IMG/VR virus record: IMGVR_UViG_3300045988_112496
Span: 1-64,000 of that record
Reading direction: 5' to 3' (one strand)
Length of the DNA: 64,000 nt
From: a virus
A model generated the notes under the pieces. It saw only the letters and a program-made list of their open reading frames with translations, had not been told where the DNA came from and did no database searches. Below, piece after piece: positions 25,803-34,884 of the stretch. Each line of letters begins with the position of its first letter. The first letter of the stretch is position 1. Position numbers and translations under genes: made by a program.

Positions 25803-25838
25803 GAAGGTGATAACTGAACGAATCTAATTACCACCTTC
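25803..25838 (-). terminator. stem-loop after the SSB-like gene
   Basis: GAAGGTG...CACCTTC then TTTAG. Confidence 0.45.
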
Positions 25839-25864
25839 GAATGAAACCATATATTAACTAACCT

Positions 25865-26686
25865 TTAAATATCTGATTTGTAACGTTTCTTCTTTTTCTT
25901 TTTGGGTTCATCATCCTCCATGTAATGATCTCTGTGAATCCCTTTCTTTTTTGTTTTCTTCTTTGGTCTGTCATCCTCGTCCTCATCACCTTCATGGTCT
26001 TCATTTAGGAATTTAGCCAAAAGCTCTTCCAACTCATCGTAGGATTTAATTTGAGAACGAACTATACCTTCTAGGTCTACATTACCTTGGTATTTTTTAT
26101 CCAACTTAGTTGGTTTGCAAGCACGAGCAGAATAAGTAGTATCAAGTTTACCAGAACCAGAACGAATAATTTTGATATCATATCCAGTTCTCGGGTCAGT
26201 CATATCACCAGCTTCGTCTTCATCAAGGTAAAGGTCGATAATATCCTGATATACTGAACGTGGGACCAGAACTCCTTTATCCTTACCATCGTAATCAAAC
26301 TTAGTTCCCTTTTCATCTGCATATACCGGACCACCGATAACGTATCTTCTTCTTGGTACCAAAGTTTTTGCCATTCCCTTATCATCCTCATCTTTGGAAT
26401 TTTTCAGTTCTTGATACTTTTCCATAAATGGGCAAGGCTCATCGAAAGTAGCTGGAGATATTACTCCTCCCAAATTACCTCCAAGATAGAATTGAACAAT
26501 TTCAATTCCCAATTCTTGGTCATCACCTGGAGATTTAATTCTCATACGTAAAGTACCTTCTTTAGGGAATACCAAACCATTGCCATTTCCCTTAGACTCT
26601 AGCTGTTTCTTTCTAGCCAGCATCTTTTCCTTTGTAGAAAGTCCATCTGATGAAACTTTCTTCTTTTTCTTCTTGTCAATTGCCAT
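25865..26686 (-). CDS. putative ssDNA-binding protein (gp32-like organisation) (273 aa)
   Basis: Basic N-terminus, central fold and acidic C-terminal tail (EGDEDEDD). Position between the recombinase and replication genes. Weak pattern similarity only. Confidence 0.4.
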   Translation of the reverse strand: MAIDKKKKKKVSSDGLSTKEKMLARKKQLESKGNGNGLVFPKEGTLRMRIKSPGDDQELGIEIVQFYLGGNLGGVISPATFDEPCPFMEKYQELKNSKDEDDKGMAKTLVPRRRYVIGGPVYADEKGTKFDYDGKDKGVLVPRSVYQDIIDLYLDEDEAGDMTDPRTGYDIKIIRSGSGKLDTTYSARACKPTKLDKKYQGNVDLEGIVRSQIKSYDELEELLAKFLNEDHEGDEDEDDRPKKKTKKKGIHRDHYMEDDEPKKKKKKRYKSDI

Positions 26687-26687
26687 A

Positions 26688-27080
26688 TCAATCGTTATTA
26701 TTTGGTTCTGAGTAAATTATCTCATTCATACTCAATACGGTTAACGTGTTCTTTTCCAGAATCTGTTGTAAACCAGAAGTGAGTTTATCTGTTTCAAATT
26801 CTAGTTCCTTACCGGCATACAAACCATAGGTAACTATCCTACCAATTTGTACAAGGTCCCGATAAGTTCTATATTCTTCGGTAATCTCCCCGAGTTTAAC
26901 TATAACTCCCTTACGAGGAACTCCCTCTTTTACCTGTTCCGGAATAATAAGCCCAGACCTGGTTTGGTTTACTTCTTTTGGTGATAAGATAAGAACTCTG
27001 TTTTCAGTTGGACATCCTGGTAATTGTTTATCAAACTGAGCTGCTACCATAGCAGAGATAAAAGTCAATGAATAATTCAT
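26688..27080 (-). CDS. GroES/Cpn10-like co-chaperonin (130 aa)
   Basis: 'NRVLILSPKEVNQTRSGLIIPEQVKEGVPRKGVIVKLG...IGRIVTYGLYAGKELEF' parallels the GroES mobile-loop and core pattern. Confidence 0.6.
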   Translation of the reverse strand: MNYSLTFISAMVAAQFDKQLPGCPTENRVLILSPKEVNQTRSGLIIPEQVKEGVPRKGVIVKLGEITEEYRTYRDLVQIGRIVTYGLYAGKELEFETDKLTSGLQQILEKNTLTVLSMNEIIYSEPNNND

Positions 27081-27122
27081 ATTCTTAATTCGTTTTTAAA
27101 AGTTAGTAATTGTTTATAGTTA

Positions 27123-27542
27123 TTATTGTTGCTTCCTCATGTTGGCATTAATAGTCCTCAAGATATTCTCTCTAGACTCATAAGCTCTACATATTGAAAT
27201 ATACTTGTTAGCCTTTTCTACTGCTTTTAAATACCTTTGATATATGGATTTATATTTTGGAGATATGTTAGCTTTGTGAGCAACATAATCATTGTTGAAC
27301 CTTTCATTAGATTCTTTAATAAATATCCAAGCAGCAGAATAAGCTTCATCCTTTTCCCTTGCTAGAGCATCCCTTTCTTTAATATATTTATCTCTTAAAG
27401 AGCATAAGACATAATAACTAGATGGAGATTCTCGTAGCTGAGAATTGATTAAATTCTCATTAATAGATAATTCCTTTTGAATATCTATCTCTATGGCCCT
27501 GCCTTCGAATTTAACCTTTAGTTTCTTCAGTTCTGTTTTCAT
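27123..27542 (-). CDS. hypothetical protein (139 aa)
   Basis: Minus-strand ORF. Confidence 0.65.
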   Translation of the reverse strand: MKTELKKLKVKFEGRAIEIDIQKELSINENLINSQLRESPSSYYVLCSLRDKYIKERDALAREKDEAYSAAWIFIKESNERFNNDYVAHKANISPKYKSIYQRYLKAVEKANKYISICRAYESRENILRTINANMRKQQ

Positions 27543-28029
27543 GTATCTTTAATAAATTCTTAAAATCCTCTTTTGAATATTTACCTTCTTGAATTGCTTT
27601 GGATACCTGAGCAAATGCACAATGATATGCAGTATCTAAACCAGGCAAATGAAGAATAGATTCATACTTACCAATAATATCAATCAGAGCCTTGAATCTT
27701 AAATCACAAAGGTTATCTGTTCCACCTCTATCTACTAGAACCATGAACAAAGCCCAATATATATGGGTAGCATCTTCATAAGCTAATCTTGCATCCTCAT
27801 CTTTCATTACACTGAAAGCTAAATCCTCTAAGATTTTGAGATTTGCTTGAAGTTGCTCTATTTGAGACCTTACACGATTAAATACCATTTTATCCCTGCC
27901 CACTAATCTCAAATTACATAAATCTAATTGACGATTAAGATTTTGAATAGAGAACTCTAAGCAGGCCGATATCATATAAGTTAAAGATGATAACCTATTA
28001 GTATCTCTTATTTGTTCTTCAGTTGCCAT
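27511..28029 (-). CDS. hypothetical protein (172 aa)
   Basis: Minus-strand ORF. Confidence 0.65.
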   Translation of the reverse strand: MATEEQIRDTNRLSSLTYMISACLEFSIQNLNRQLDLCNLRLVGRDKMVFNRVRSQIEQLQANLKILEDLAFSVMKDEDARLAYEDATHIYWALFMVLVDRGGTDNLCDLRFKALIDIIGKYESILHLPGLDTAYHCAFAQVSKAIQEGKYSKEDFKNLLKIHENRTEETKG

Positions 28030-28049
28030 AGTTTATAATATTTTATTAT

Positions 28050-28259
28050 TTATGTTGTCATAGTATCCTCTTTCTTCACCTTGGTTGGTGATTTTGGATT
28101 TTCTTTATGATGTAAGTATCTATTACATCCCGGGCACCTTACTAATTTACAATCTGCAAAGGTAGATGAATCTACTTCTGAATAATCATATTCGAATTCA
28201 CAATCACAATATGGGCATTTAGCTCGCCATATCGTGGGTCCGCTCAAAATCTTTTTCAT
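28050..28259 (-). CDS. zinc-ribbon protein (69 aa)
   Basis: CPYC...CPGC pairs. Confidence 0.55.
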   Translation of the reverse strand: MKKILSGPTIWRAKCPYCDCEFEYDYSEVDSSTFADCKLVRCPGCNRYLHHKENPKSPTKVKKEDTMTT

Positions 28260-30510
28260 AAGCCTTCATTTGTTTATTAAACCTTTCTTTAAATTGCTTG
28301 ATGTGGATATGTTTATATTTCTTATGTTCAGCCATATATTCCTCTACTGAGAAATCTGGTTGTAACATCTTACGATAATCATACCCTGGAATGAATGGTA
28401 ATTCCTCTGCCATAGTTCTACCAATGGTAAAGTCCATATCCATATCAACATCATCAACTTGAAATCCGAAATATCTTTTAGTACTTGGATTACGTAGGAT
28501 ATTCCAGATTGTATATACAGTCCATGTATTAATATCTTGAGGTTTAGAATACATATATACAGCATCATGTACTGTACAAGCTTCTTTCATCATAGGCAGT
28601 TTACCTTGTCTCATTAACCAATAAACGAGGATAGCTCCAAAATTAGTCATATTTGCTGCAGCACCTTGACATGGGAAATTAAGACCTAAACGAATTGCAT
28701 AAGCTACTTCTTGCTTATCATTTGAATATATTTGTGGGAGTCTTCGTTTAGTACCAAATAACTGAGTATAATACCCATGTTTACGAAGGAATTTCTCTTG
28801 TTTCTCTTTAAACTTCCTAATCTTAGGGTGTTGACCAAAGAATACTTCCATTTCCTTTGCTGCTTCTTCTGGTGTAACTATAATACCAGCTTTTGGGTCT
28901 GATAATTTTACTGCTAGCAATTTATTACCGATTCCATAAATAAGTCCAAAAGCAATTTGTTTAGCTTGCTTTCTCCTTACCTTCCATAATTTATAATCGG
29001 GATGTGTTTCATCTTCATAAGCTTTACTTGCTTCTTCGATTGATACACCATATTTTGCTGCTGCTATACCAAGGTGAGGGTCTACTCCCTTTGCAAAAGC
29101 TTCCAAATAAGTTTCATCACCAGATAAATGAGCCATCATTCTTAATTCTGCTTGAGAATAGTCAAAGGCCATATATAGATAACCCGGAGGAGCAACTAAT
29201 TGTTTCTTGATATTAGGGTCTACGGATGTTTTTGGTATCTGCTGCATATTTGGGTCTGCAGAACTAAACCGATTAGAATCGGTACCATGTATATTATATC
29301 TACCATGTAATCGAGAATCATCCTGTACTTTTTCCCACCATCCATAAATATAGGTCTTATACATTTTCTCTAAACCTCTTAATTCTAAGAGCTTATCAAG
29401 AAATATTGCCTTTGGAGATTCGGGGTCTTTTACTGTTAACCTTAACTCGGTTAAAGTATCTTCATCGGTACTTGGTTTACCAGATTCATTATCTTTAATT
29501 ACTGGGAACTTAAACCCAATATCTGAATACATTAACTGAGGTAAATCAACTGGACTACCCAGATTAACTGGTCTTATAAGTTCTTGTTCTTTCTTAGTAG
29601 TAAATACTCCTGCACGAATATTCGATATCTTCTGCTCCCTTGATGCTATCTTACGTTTATCTTTTGGGTCATTATAATCCAGTTCTTCAAGTTCTGCTTT
29701 GATTGATTCGATATATCTTTCAATTTTACCCTGATTGTATTTCTTTGTGAACTTCTTTACCCTTGGTAAATCATAAATTGCTTGTCTAGCAGCATCAATC
29801 TTAGGTTTATATTCCTCAAGTAATTTCTTATTGAAATCTCTATCAAGGTATAATCCTTCTTTCTCTACCGAAGTTAATACTCGAGAATTACACATGAACA
29901 AATTACGGAATACCGAATACATTTTTAAGTCAATTAACTTCTTCTCAAAGAATATCATTAATCGTAAAGTAAAGTCGGTATCTTGACAACCATATTTACA
30001 TAAAGGGTCTAATTCCTTTTTATCCCAAGGTATCTTATCGAACTTATCTTGCTTTTCATAATCTCCATATTCAGGTAAATACCTTCTAACCATATCTTTT
30101 AGTCCATGAGGTTTTTCTTCATTGAGAACATATTTTGCAAGCATACCATCAAGACATGTACCCCTATAATAAATATGATACTTCTGATTAATCTGGTCAT
30201 CAAATTTCCAGTTCCATGCAACCTTTACAATATCATAATTCTCAATAATCTCCTCTCCAAACTTCCTTAACATCTTCTTCCAATTCCATCCTGGAGAAGT
30301 ATATTCTTTTGTTTGGAAATGGTCTAAGGGTATAGAAGCACCAAACCCTGGCATCCAAGATACAGAGAGAATTGTGGGCTTAAAACTTTTGTTGTAGATT
30401 GGTTCAGCATTAGTTTCATAGTCACAGCAAGCATAACCAGTTGCTTTACAACAAGCAATTAGCTTCTTGAGTTCTCTTTTGTTCTTAATTATTTTATATC
30501 TTGTTTCCAT
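28219..30510 (-). CDS. family A DNA polymerase with 3'-5' exonuclease domain (763 aa)
   Basis: ExoI 'CDYETN'. 'TDSNRFSSADPNMQQIP'. Motif A 'DYSQAELRMMAH'. Motif B 'RRKQAKQIAFGLIYG'. Motif C 'VHDAV'. Confidence 0.95.
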   Translation of the reverse strand: METRYKIIKNKRELKKLIACCKATGYACCDYETNAEPIYNKSFKPTILSVSWMPGFGASIPLDHFQTKEYTSPGWNWKKMLRKFGEEIIENYDIVKVAWNWKFDDQINQKYHIYYRGTCLDGMLAKYVLNEEKPHGLKDMVRRYLPEYGDYEKQDKFDKIPWDKKELDPLCKYGCQDTDFTLRLMIFFEKKLIDLKMYSVFRNLFMCNSRVLTSVEKEGLYLDRDFNKKLLEEYKPKIDAARQAIYDLPRVKKFTKKYNQGKIERYIESIKAELEELDYNDPKDKRKIASREQKISNIRAGVFTTKKEQELIRPVNLGSPVDLPQLMYSDIGFKFPVIKDNESGKPSTDEDTLTELRLTVKDPESPKAIFLDKLLELRGLEKMYKTYIYGWWEKVQDDSRLHGRYNIHGTDSNRFSSADPNMQQIPKTSVDPNIKKQLVAPPGYLYMAFDYSQAELRMMAHLSGDETYLEAFAKGVDPHLGIAAAKYGVSIEEASKAYEDETHPDYKLWKVRRKQAKQIAFGLIYGIGNKLLAVKLSDPKAGIIVTPEEAAKEMEVFFGQHPKIRKFKEKQEKFLRKHGYYTQLFGTKRRLPQIYSNDKQEVAYAIRLGLNFPCQGAAANMTNFGAILVYWLMRQGKLPMMKEACTVHDAVYMYSKPQDINTWTVYTIWNILRNPSTKRYFGFQVDDVDMDMDFTIGRTMAEELPFIPGYDYRKMLQPDFSVEEYMAEHKKYKHIHIKQFKERFNKQMKAYEKDFERTHDMAS

Positions 30511-30516
30511 ATATTA

Positions 30517-30562
30517 TAAATAAAAAGAGGGACATACCCACCTGTAGTAGATATATCCCTCT
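30517..30562 (-). terminator. intrinsic terminator between the ThyA-like gene and the DNA polymerase gene
   Basis: AGAGGGA...TCCCTCT followed on the minus strand by TTTTTATTTAT. Confidence 0.8.
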
Positions 30563-30567
30563 ATAAA

Positions 30568-31338
30568 TTAGAGTGAATCCTGTAAGTCCTCAAGATTGGT
30601 ATTTAAGTATTTCCAGTCTTTTTTATAAGAATGAAGAGAATCGATTGTGTGGTATAAGTAACCAGGTTTTACTCCAACCTCTTTAGCTACATATTCCATA
30701 AGTCTCCATGCAAGATATACATCATTACCAAAGTGAGTAACAAAATCTGAGCTTCTTTGGTGATAACAAATATGTAATACTTTCTCACCTTTACCATTCT
30801 CTCTGATGAGGAAGTCATAATACATAGAGCATGGAATACGTTTGCTACCATCAAGATATCTTAAGTCTGAACCAAAGAATATAGGGAGTACTGCTTTCCG
30901 AGTATCATTATCTCTTTTAAGCAATTCAATAACAGTTTGTAGATGATATTCAGAATTGAACGGTAGTTTACCACCCACTGGAAACTCTTTCCAAATACGT
31001 TCTGAATAGGTATAATCGAATTTACCATCTACCAGGAATTGTTCCCATAAATCTTTTCTTAATGCCCATGCTTGTCCCGGATTATAAGCATACCAACTAA
31101 CCCTTTCTTTAAATTCTTCATCTGCCCATTCTTTTGAATGAGAGAATACGAATAACCATACTGGGTCTCCCAATGAAGTTAAGCAGTACTGCTGGCAAAT
31201 AAGTTCCTTAGTAGCAAAATCCTCATTACCTTCAATCACCTTGTTTTGATAAGTCTTAGGTCTTACTATCTGACCGTAAGAGTTGAGTTCTCTGCCAAGT
31301 TCTGACATTAACTCAAATGAATTACTGTAGATTCTCAT
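30568..31338 (-). CDS. ThyA-fold pyrimidine C5 transferase, closest in pattern to T4 gp42 dCMP hydroxymethylase (256 aa)
   Basis: 'RDNDTRKAVLPIF', nucleophile 'RIPCSMYYDF', 'YHQRSSDFVTHFGNDVYLAW', 'DSLHSY'. Asp lies 11 residues after the conserved Arg, as for Asp179 in gp42 (Asn in ThyA). Confidence 0.7.
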   Translation of the reverse strand: MRIYSNSFELMSELGRELNSYGQIVRPKTYQNKVIEGNEDFATKELICQQYCLTSLGDPVWLFVFSHSKEWADEEFKERVSWYAYNPGQAWALRKDLWEQFLVDGKFDYTYSERIWKEFPVGGKLPFNSEYHLQTVIELLKRDNDTRKAVLPIFFGSDLRYLDGSKRIPCSMYYDFLIRENGKGEKVLHICYHQRSSDFVTHFGNDVYLAWRLMEYVAKEVGVKPGYLYHTIDSLHSYKKDWKYLNTNLEDLQDSL

Positions 31339-32263
31339 TCTTCTGTTTCTTTAAAAGTTTCTTTTTATAAGCTTTACGTTGAGAATATGATATCACATTT
31401 TCTGGATATTCTATATCTTCATATTCTAATAGCAAGTCCTTTGCTAACAAAGCTTGGTATTCATATAAGTCAGGACGAAGTACTTTAAAACTTCTGAAAA
31501 ATACTTTAAATGAAGACCATTCCTTCTCTGTACCGTTTTGGATTTTCTTATAAACCTCTTTAACCCTTTTAGTCCAAGGGTTATCTATACCCTTGATTAC
31601 TTTCTTAAGAGGTTTATAAGCCGAGTACATCAGAAGGGTTTCTACATTCCCATACATTTGAGTAGCAAATAAATTTATCTGTACCGACTGTTCTGGCCCA
31701 TACACGTATTCTGCCATCCGTTGAATCAATAGGAAGTCGAATATCAACCGCTTGGTAATTTCCGAAGCCCTGATTACCATTGTAATAACTGGGATGTCTT
31801 CCCCAAACCTTTTCGAAAATGTTGCAGCTATTAGACACTGTTTACCATTATCATGGTGATTATTAAACATGTACGTAACATTGTAATTCTGATTATATTT
31901 ATTCTTCAAGAGTCTTAATTTGCTACGTAAGAGGTCTAACTTATTAAAATCAATATAATTATTCAATAAGCTTGTCCACTTAGTTTCTTTGTAATTAAAA
32001 CATCTACCATAATCAAAATCAGGGTCTACCCATGCTTTACGTATTTTTATAAACACGTTGTATGCTACTGCAACTCCACTGTTTGCAGTAGCACCTTTAT
32101 CAAAAAGAACAGGGTCTAATCTTAAGAAAGCCTCGTTCAATTTCTCCCATGCCTCTTGTGAAGTAGCAAACTCCAAAGAGTGGAGGGTCTCCTCCGTATT
32201 AGATTGAAGACCCTCTAGTTTTCTATTCCATCCACTCATTAGTAATTTGTTTTTTGTCTCCAA
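31322..32263 (-). CDS. divergent second ThyA-fold-like protein (313 aa), function unknown
   Basis: 'GKQCLIAATF' then 'IRASEITKRLIFDF' (Cys to Arg = 22 residues, Asp at Arg+11), 'ATQMYGN'. 17-nt overlap with the downstream paralog. Confidence 0.35.
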   Translation of the reverse strand: METKNKLLMSGWNRKLEGLQSNTEETLHSLEFATSQEAWEKLNEAFLRLDPVLFDKGATANSGVAVAYNVFIKIRKAWVDPDFDYGRCFNYKETKWTSLLNNYIDFNKLDLLRSKLRLLKNKYNQNYNVTYMFNNHHDNGKQCLIAATFSKRFGEDIPVITMVIRASEITKRLIFDFLLIQRMAEYVYGPEQSVQINLFATQMYGNVETLLMYSAYKPLKKVIKGIDNPWTKRVKEVYKKIQNGTEKEWSSFKVFFRSFKVLRPDLYEYQALLAKDLLLEYEDIEYPENVISYSQRKAYKKKLLKKQKNENLQ

Positions 32264-33081
32264 AGATTTAACCTTTGTTTCTTAAAGAATAATCTATAAA
32301 TTGATTCTTCTGAAAATTCTTGGATACCCAAAAATCCCATATACAGATAGAATGCTTTTACTAAGGAATATTGAAAATCTAATTCCTTAGTCATTACCTG
32401 GGTTTGTTTCCAAGGCCTTGATTTAAGAAGGTTCCTTGCAATGTTCAATTCATAGATTATTTCGAATAACAATAACTTTTCATTTTCATGTGAAGATTCG
32501 CTTAAGGTGTTGAATCCTGGAGTATATTCTTTTACAGACTCATATTCTTCGTCAATCAATCTAAATCGATTTGCCAATAGGGGATTCCTTCCAATTTCAG
32601 AAGTCAAGGCTATACCCAAGGTAATTACATCTTTCATGGTTTTTACTTTGAAGTCAGAATATTCGTATACTGCATTTGTTCCCCAAGAGAATATATCCTC
32701 TGGTTGTATGTTTGCAAAATGAAACAAGGTGAAGAAGAATCCAAGAGCATCTCCCTGTTCTTCATTGGCATTTTGTAAATGATTTAGTACCTGGGTATAT
32801 TCATCTTCAGTAAGTTGTTCAACATTCCATCCCCATTTATTGCATATCTTTACTACTTCAGAAGTAGATTCGTATCCTTCCATTAGTTCTTCAATTACTC
32901 GACTGATGAAATCTTTCAAAACTACCTGGTTATTTGGATTATTGATATCCAAAGGATAATCTGGTAGTCTCTCAATTTGCCTGTAGCCGTCTAATTGTTC
33001 TAACGAAAGTTGATATATAGCTTGTAACTCAGTACCTTCTTCTATTTGAGGTACTTGTTCTTTAATATTCCTTATATCCAT
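32239..33081 (-). CDS. all-alpha NTP pyrophosphohydrolase (T4 gp56 dCTPase/dUTPase-like, MazG-like) with C-terminal extension (280 aa)
   Basis: 'RVIEELMEGYES' and 'NEEQGDALGFFFTLFHFANIQPEDIFSW' parallel the gp56 segment 'ELVDIFHFVLNMFVGLGMNAEEIFKLY'. Confidence 0.5.
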   Translation of the reverse strand: MDIRNIKEQVPQIEEGTELQAIYQLSLEQLDGYRQIERLPDYPLDINNPNNQVVLKDFISRVIEELMEGYESTSEVVKICNKWGWNVEQLTEDEYTQVLNHLQNANEEQGDALGFFFTLFHFANIQPEDIFSWGTNAVYEYSDFKVKTMKDVITLGIALTSEIGRNPLLANRFRLIDEEYESVKEYTPGFNTLSESSHENEKLLLFEIIYELNIARNLLKSRPWKQTQVMTKELDFQYSLVKAFYLYMGFLGIQEFSEESIYRLFFKKQRLNLWRQKTNY

Positions 33082-33635
33082 TATTTATTTCCTGTTGAAT
33101 TAAATCCACCTTCACCTCTTGTTCCCCACATTTGAGATTCAGAATAGAATTCCTCTGGTTGAATCTCTTCTGGTTCCGTAAGGTAAACTGGAACATGAAT
33201 AAACTGAGTTGCTTTCTCACCCACTTTAAAAGTCTGTATTACTCGGCTGAGATTGATAATACCAATATGAATCTCTCCCACATAGGGAGAATCTACAATT
33301 TCGGCAGTATACAGAATACCTTTCTTAGAAGCAAGGCCAGACTTATTAGCTGCCATAAGCATTGATTCTTGAGGTTCAATAAGTGGTTTGATACCAGATG
33401 GGATAAGGATTCTTCCTCCAGGATAAAGGTCAATTTGGGTTACAAAATTGGTAAGGGTGTCTACTCCCAATACAAAATCTGGAGTGAAATGATTTGGAGA
33501 TTGGTTTGCCTCCATGTGAATTAATTGTTGAGGGTCCAAGTTTCTTGGGATATAGAAATCCAAACCGGCATCACCTGCATTACCTCTCGATGGAGTCTTT
33601 ACGTCTCTTACTTTGATAAATCTAAATCTGTTCAT
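33081..33635 (-). CDS. dut: trimeric dUTPase (with insertion) (184 aa)
   Basis: Motifs 'AGDAGLD', 'PSGI', 'IVDSPYVGE', 'RGEGGFNSTG'. Confidence 0.85.
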   Translation of the reverse strand: MNRFRFIKVRDVKTPSRGNAGDAGLDFYIPRNLDPQQLIHMEANQSPNHFTPDFVLGVDTLTNFVTQIDLYPGGRILIPSGIKPLIEPQESMLMAANKSGLASKKGILYTAEIVDSPYVGEIHIGIINLSRVIQTFKVGEKATQFIHVPVYLTEPEEIQPEEFYSESQMWGTRGEGGFNSTGNK

Positions 33636-33835
33636 AATATATTACATTGTTTTAAAAGTTGTCCAAAGGTTAGATTTTGTTGATGAGGGAATATCCCAAG
33701 TGAATGACAGAATTTAGTTAAATCTGCCTCACCATCCATAAACAAAGAAGCAAGAACATCATCTTGCTTTACGTAGTAATTTGGGTTGTTAAGATATATC
33801 TTAAACATTGCCCATATCATCTCAATTTTTGTCAT
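33632..33835 (-). CDS. hypothetical protein (about 67 aa)
   Basis: The track ORF (to 33889) overlaps the upstream gene by 68 nt. An internal ATG at 33835 (or 33820) is more likely. Confidence 0.45.
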   Translation of the reverse strand: MTKIEMIWAMFKIYLNNPNYYVKQDDVLASLFMDGEADLTKFCHSLGIFPHQQNLTFGQLLKQCNIL

Positions 33836-34211
33836 TACACTCTCTATAAAGTTCTCTAATACGTTTCTTAGGTACTTCGAATTTCTCAACTGTTTTTGAG
33901 ATAATCTCTTTTCTGTCTTTCCCTTTCCGAATTAAGCCTCGGATGTATTTCTTGATACCAACCGTGTCCTCTAATACATCCAAATCTTTGTACTGATTCT
34001 TCTGTTCAAGTTCTTTACGAGTAATATTCAGATTCTGAGACATCTTGAATGCACACAGTTCTGAATCTCCACATAGTTTACATTCTTTAGTTGATAGGTC
34101 ATACCCAGTACCAAAGCATGGGTCTCCATTACTTCCCAACTGAGAAATGTCCAATGGTGTTAGGATATCCTGATTGGTTAAGTCGGGAAGCATTTGTTTC
34201 TTCTTTGCCAT
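33822..34211 (-). CDS. hypothetical protein (129 aa), Cys cluster
   Basis: Minus-strand ORF. Confidence 0.65.
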   Translation of the reverse strand: MAKKKQMLPDLTNQDILTPLDISQLGSNGDPCFGTGYDLSTKECKLCGDSELCAFKMSQNLNITRKELEQKNQYKDLDVLEDTVGIKKYIRGLIRKGKDRKEIISKTVEKFEVPKKRIRELYRECNDKN

Positions 34212-34213
34212 AA

Positions 34214-34552
34214 TTAATCATCTATTTTTTTTTCTGTTAGTTTTACAGTTGAACTACCAATCGTTAGTTCTGCCTCATATAGAGGTAGATATGAATGACC
34301 GATTGCATTAATAAATAGTTTCCTAATATTATTAAGGTGTTCTGAATAGTAAGTATCAGTATCTACGAATACTTTAACCTGTAGCCCAGAACAGAAAGAT
34401 AAATAAAAATATACCCTCCATTCATTGTGCATTATTCGAGTACTTCTTATTTGAGATACCCATACCAATGAAGTACAATTAAATACATGAACTGGAGTTA
34501 TATCTTCTTTAAGAATCCAGTTCGTTACCTTTTTATATAACTTAGTAATCAT
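34214..34552 (-). CDS. hypothetical protein (112 aa)
   Basis: Minus-strand ORF. Confidence 0.6.
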   Translation of the reverse strand: MITKLYKKVTNWILKEDITPVHVFNCTSLVWVSQIRSTRIMHNEWRVYFYLSFCSGLQVKVFVDTDTYYSEHLNNIRKLFINAIGHSYLPLYEAELTIGSSTVKLTEKKIDD

Positions 34553-34769
34553 AGCTTTCTATTGTTACATTATGATGATTGCAATTAGGACAAATCCAAT
34601 CTTTAGTATGCCAAGAACCTTTTACCATAAGTTCTTTCCTATAAAACTTCTTACGGCACTTATGACATTTGTATTTAACTCCATTGAGTTCTTTATCATA
34701 AGCATCATTAATTAAGTATATGATACCTGCTGTTATAAGTATAGGTACCAGTATTATCAGATATTCCAT
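34542..34769 (-). CDS. TM + zinc-ribbon protein (75 aa)
   Basis: N-terminal TM 'LIILVPILITAGIIYLI'. CHKC...CPNC. Confidence 0.55.
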   Translation of the reverse strand: MEYLIILVPILITAGIIYLINDAYDKELNGVKYKCHKCRKKFYRKELMVKGSWHTKDWICPNCNHHNVTIESYDY

Positions 34770-34884
34770 ATTCTTTATTTTTAATGGTTAATGCCCTATG
34801 TCCCTCTATTAGATTAATTACTTCCTCCTACCGGAAAAAGTAATTATCCATAGTACTTAATAGAACAGATTGAGTAAGGTATTC

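Noticed and set aside
30568-32263. The idea that the two ThyA-like ORFs are one gene split by a frameshift or intron.
   Set aside because: Each ORF contains its own complete Cys...R-x-S-(D/E)...D set, and the downstream one alone spans a full ThyA-like length. They therefore read as paralogs rather than fragments.
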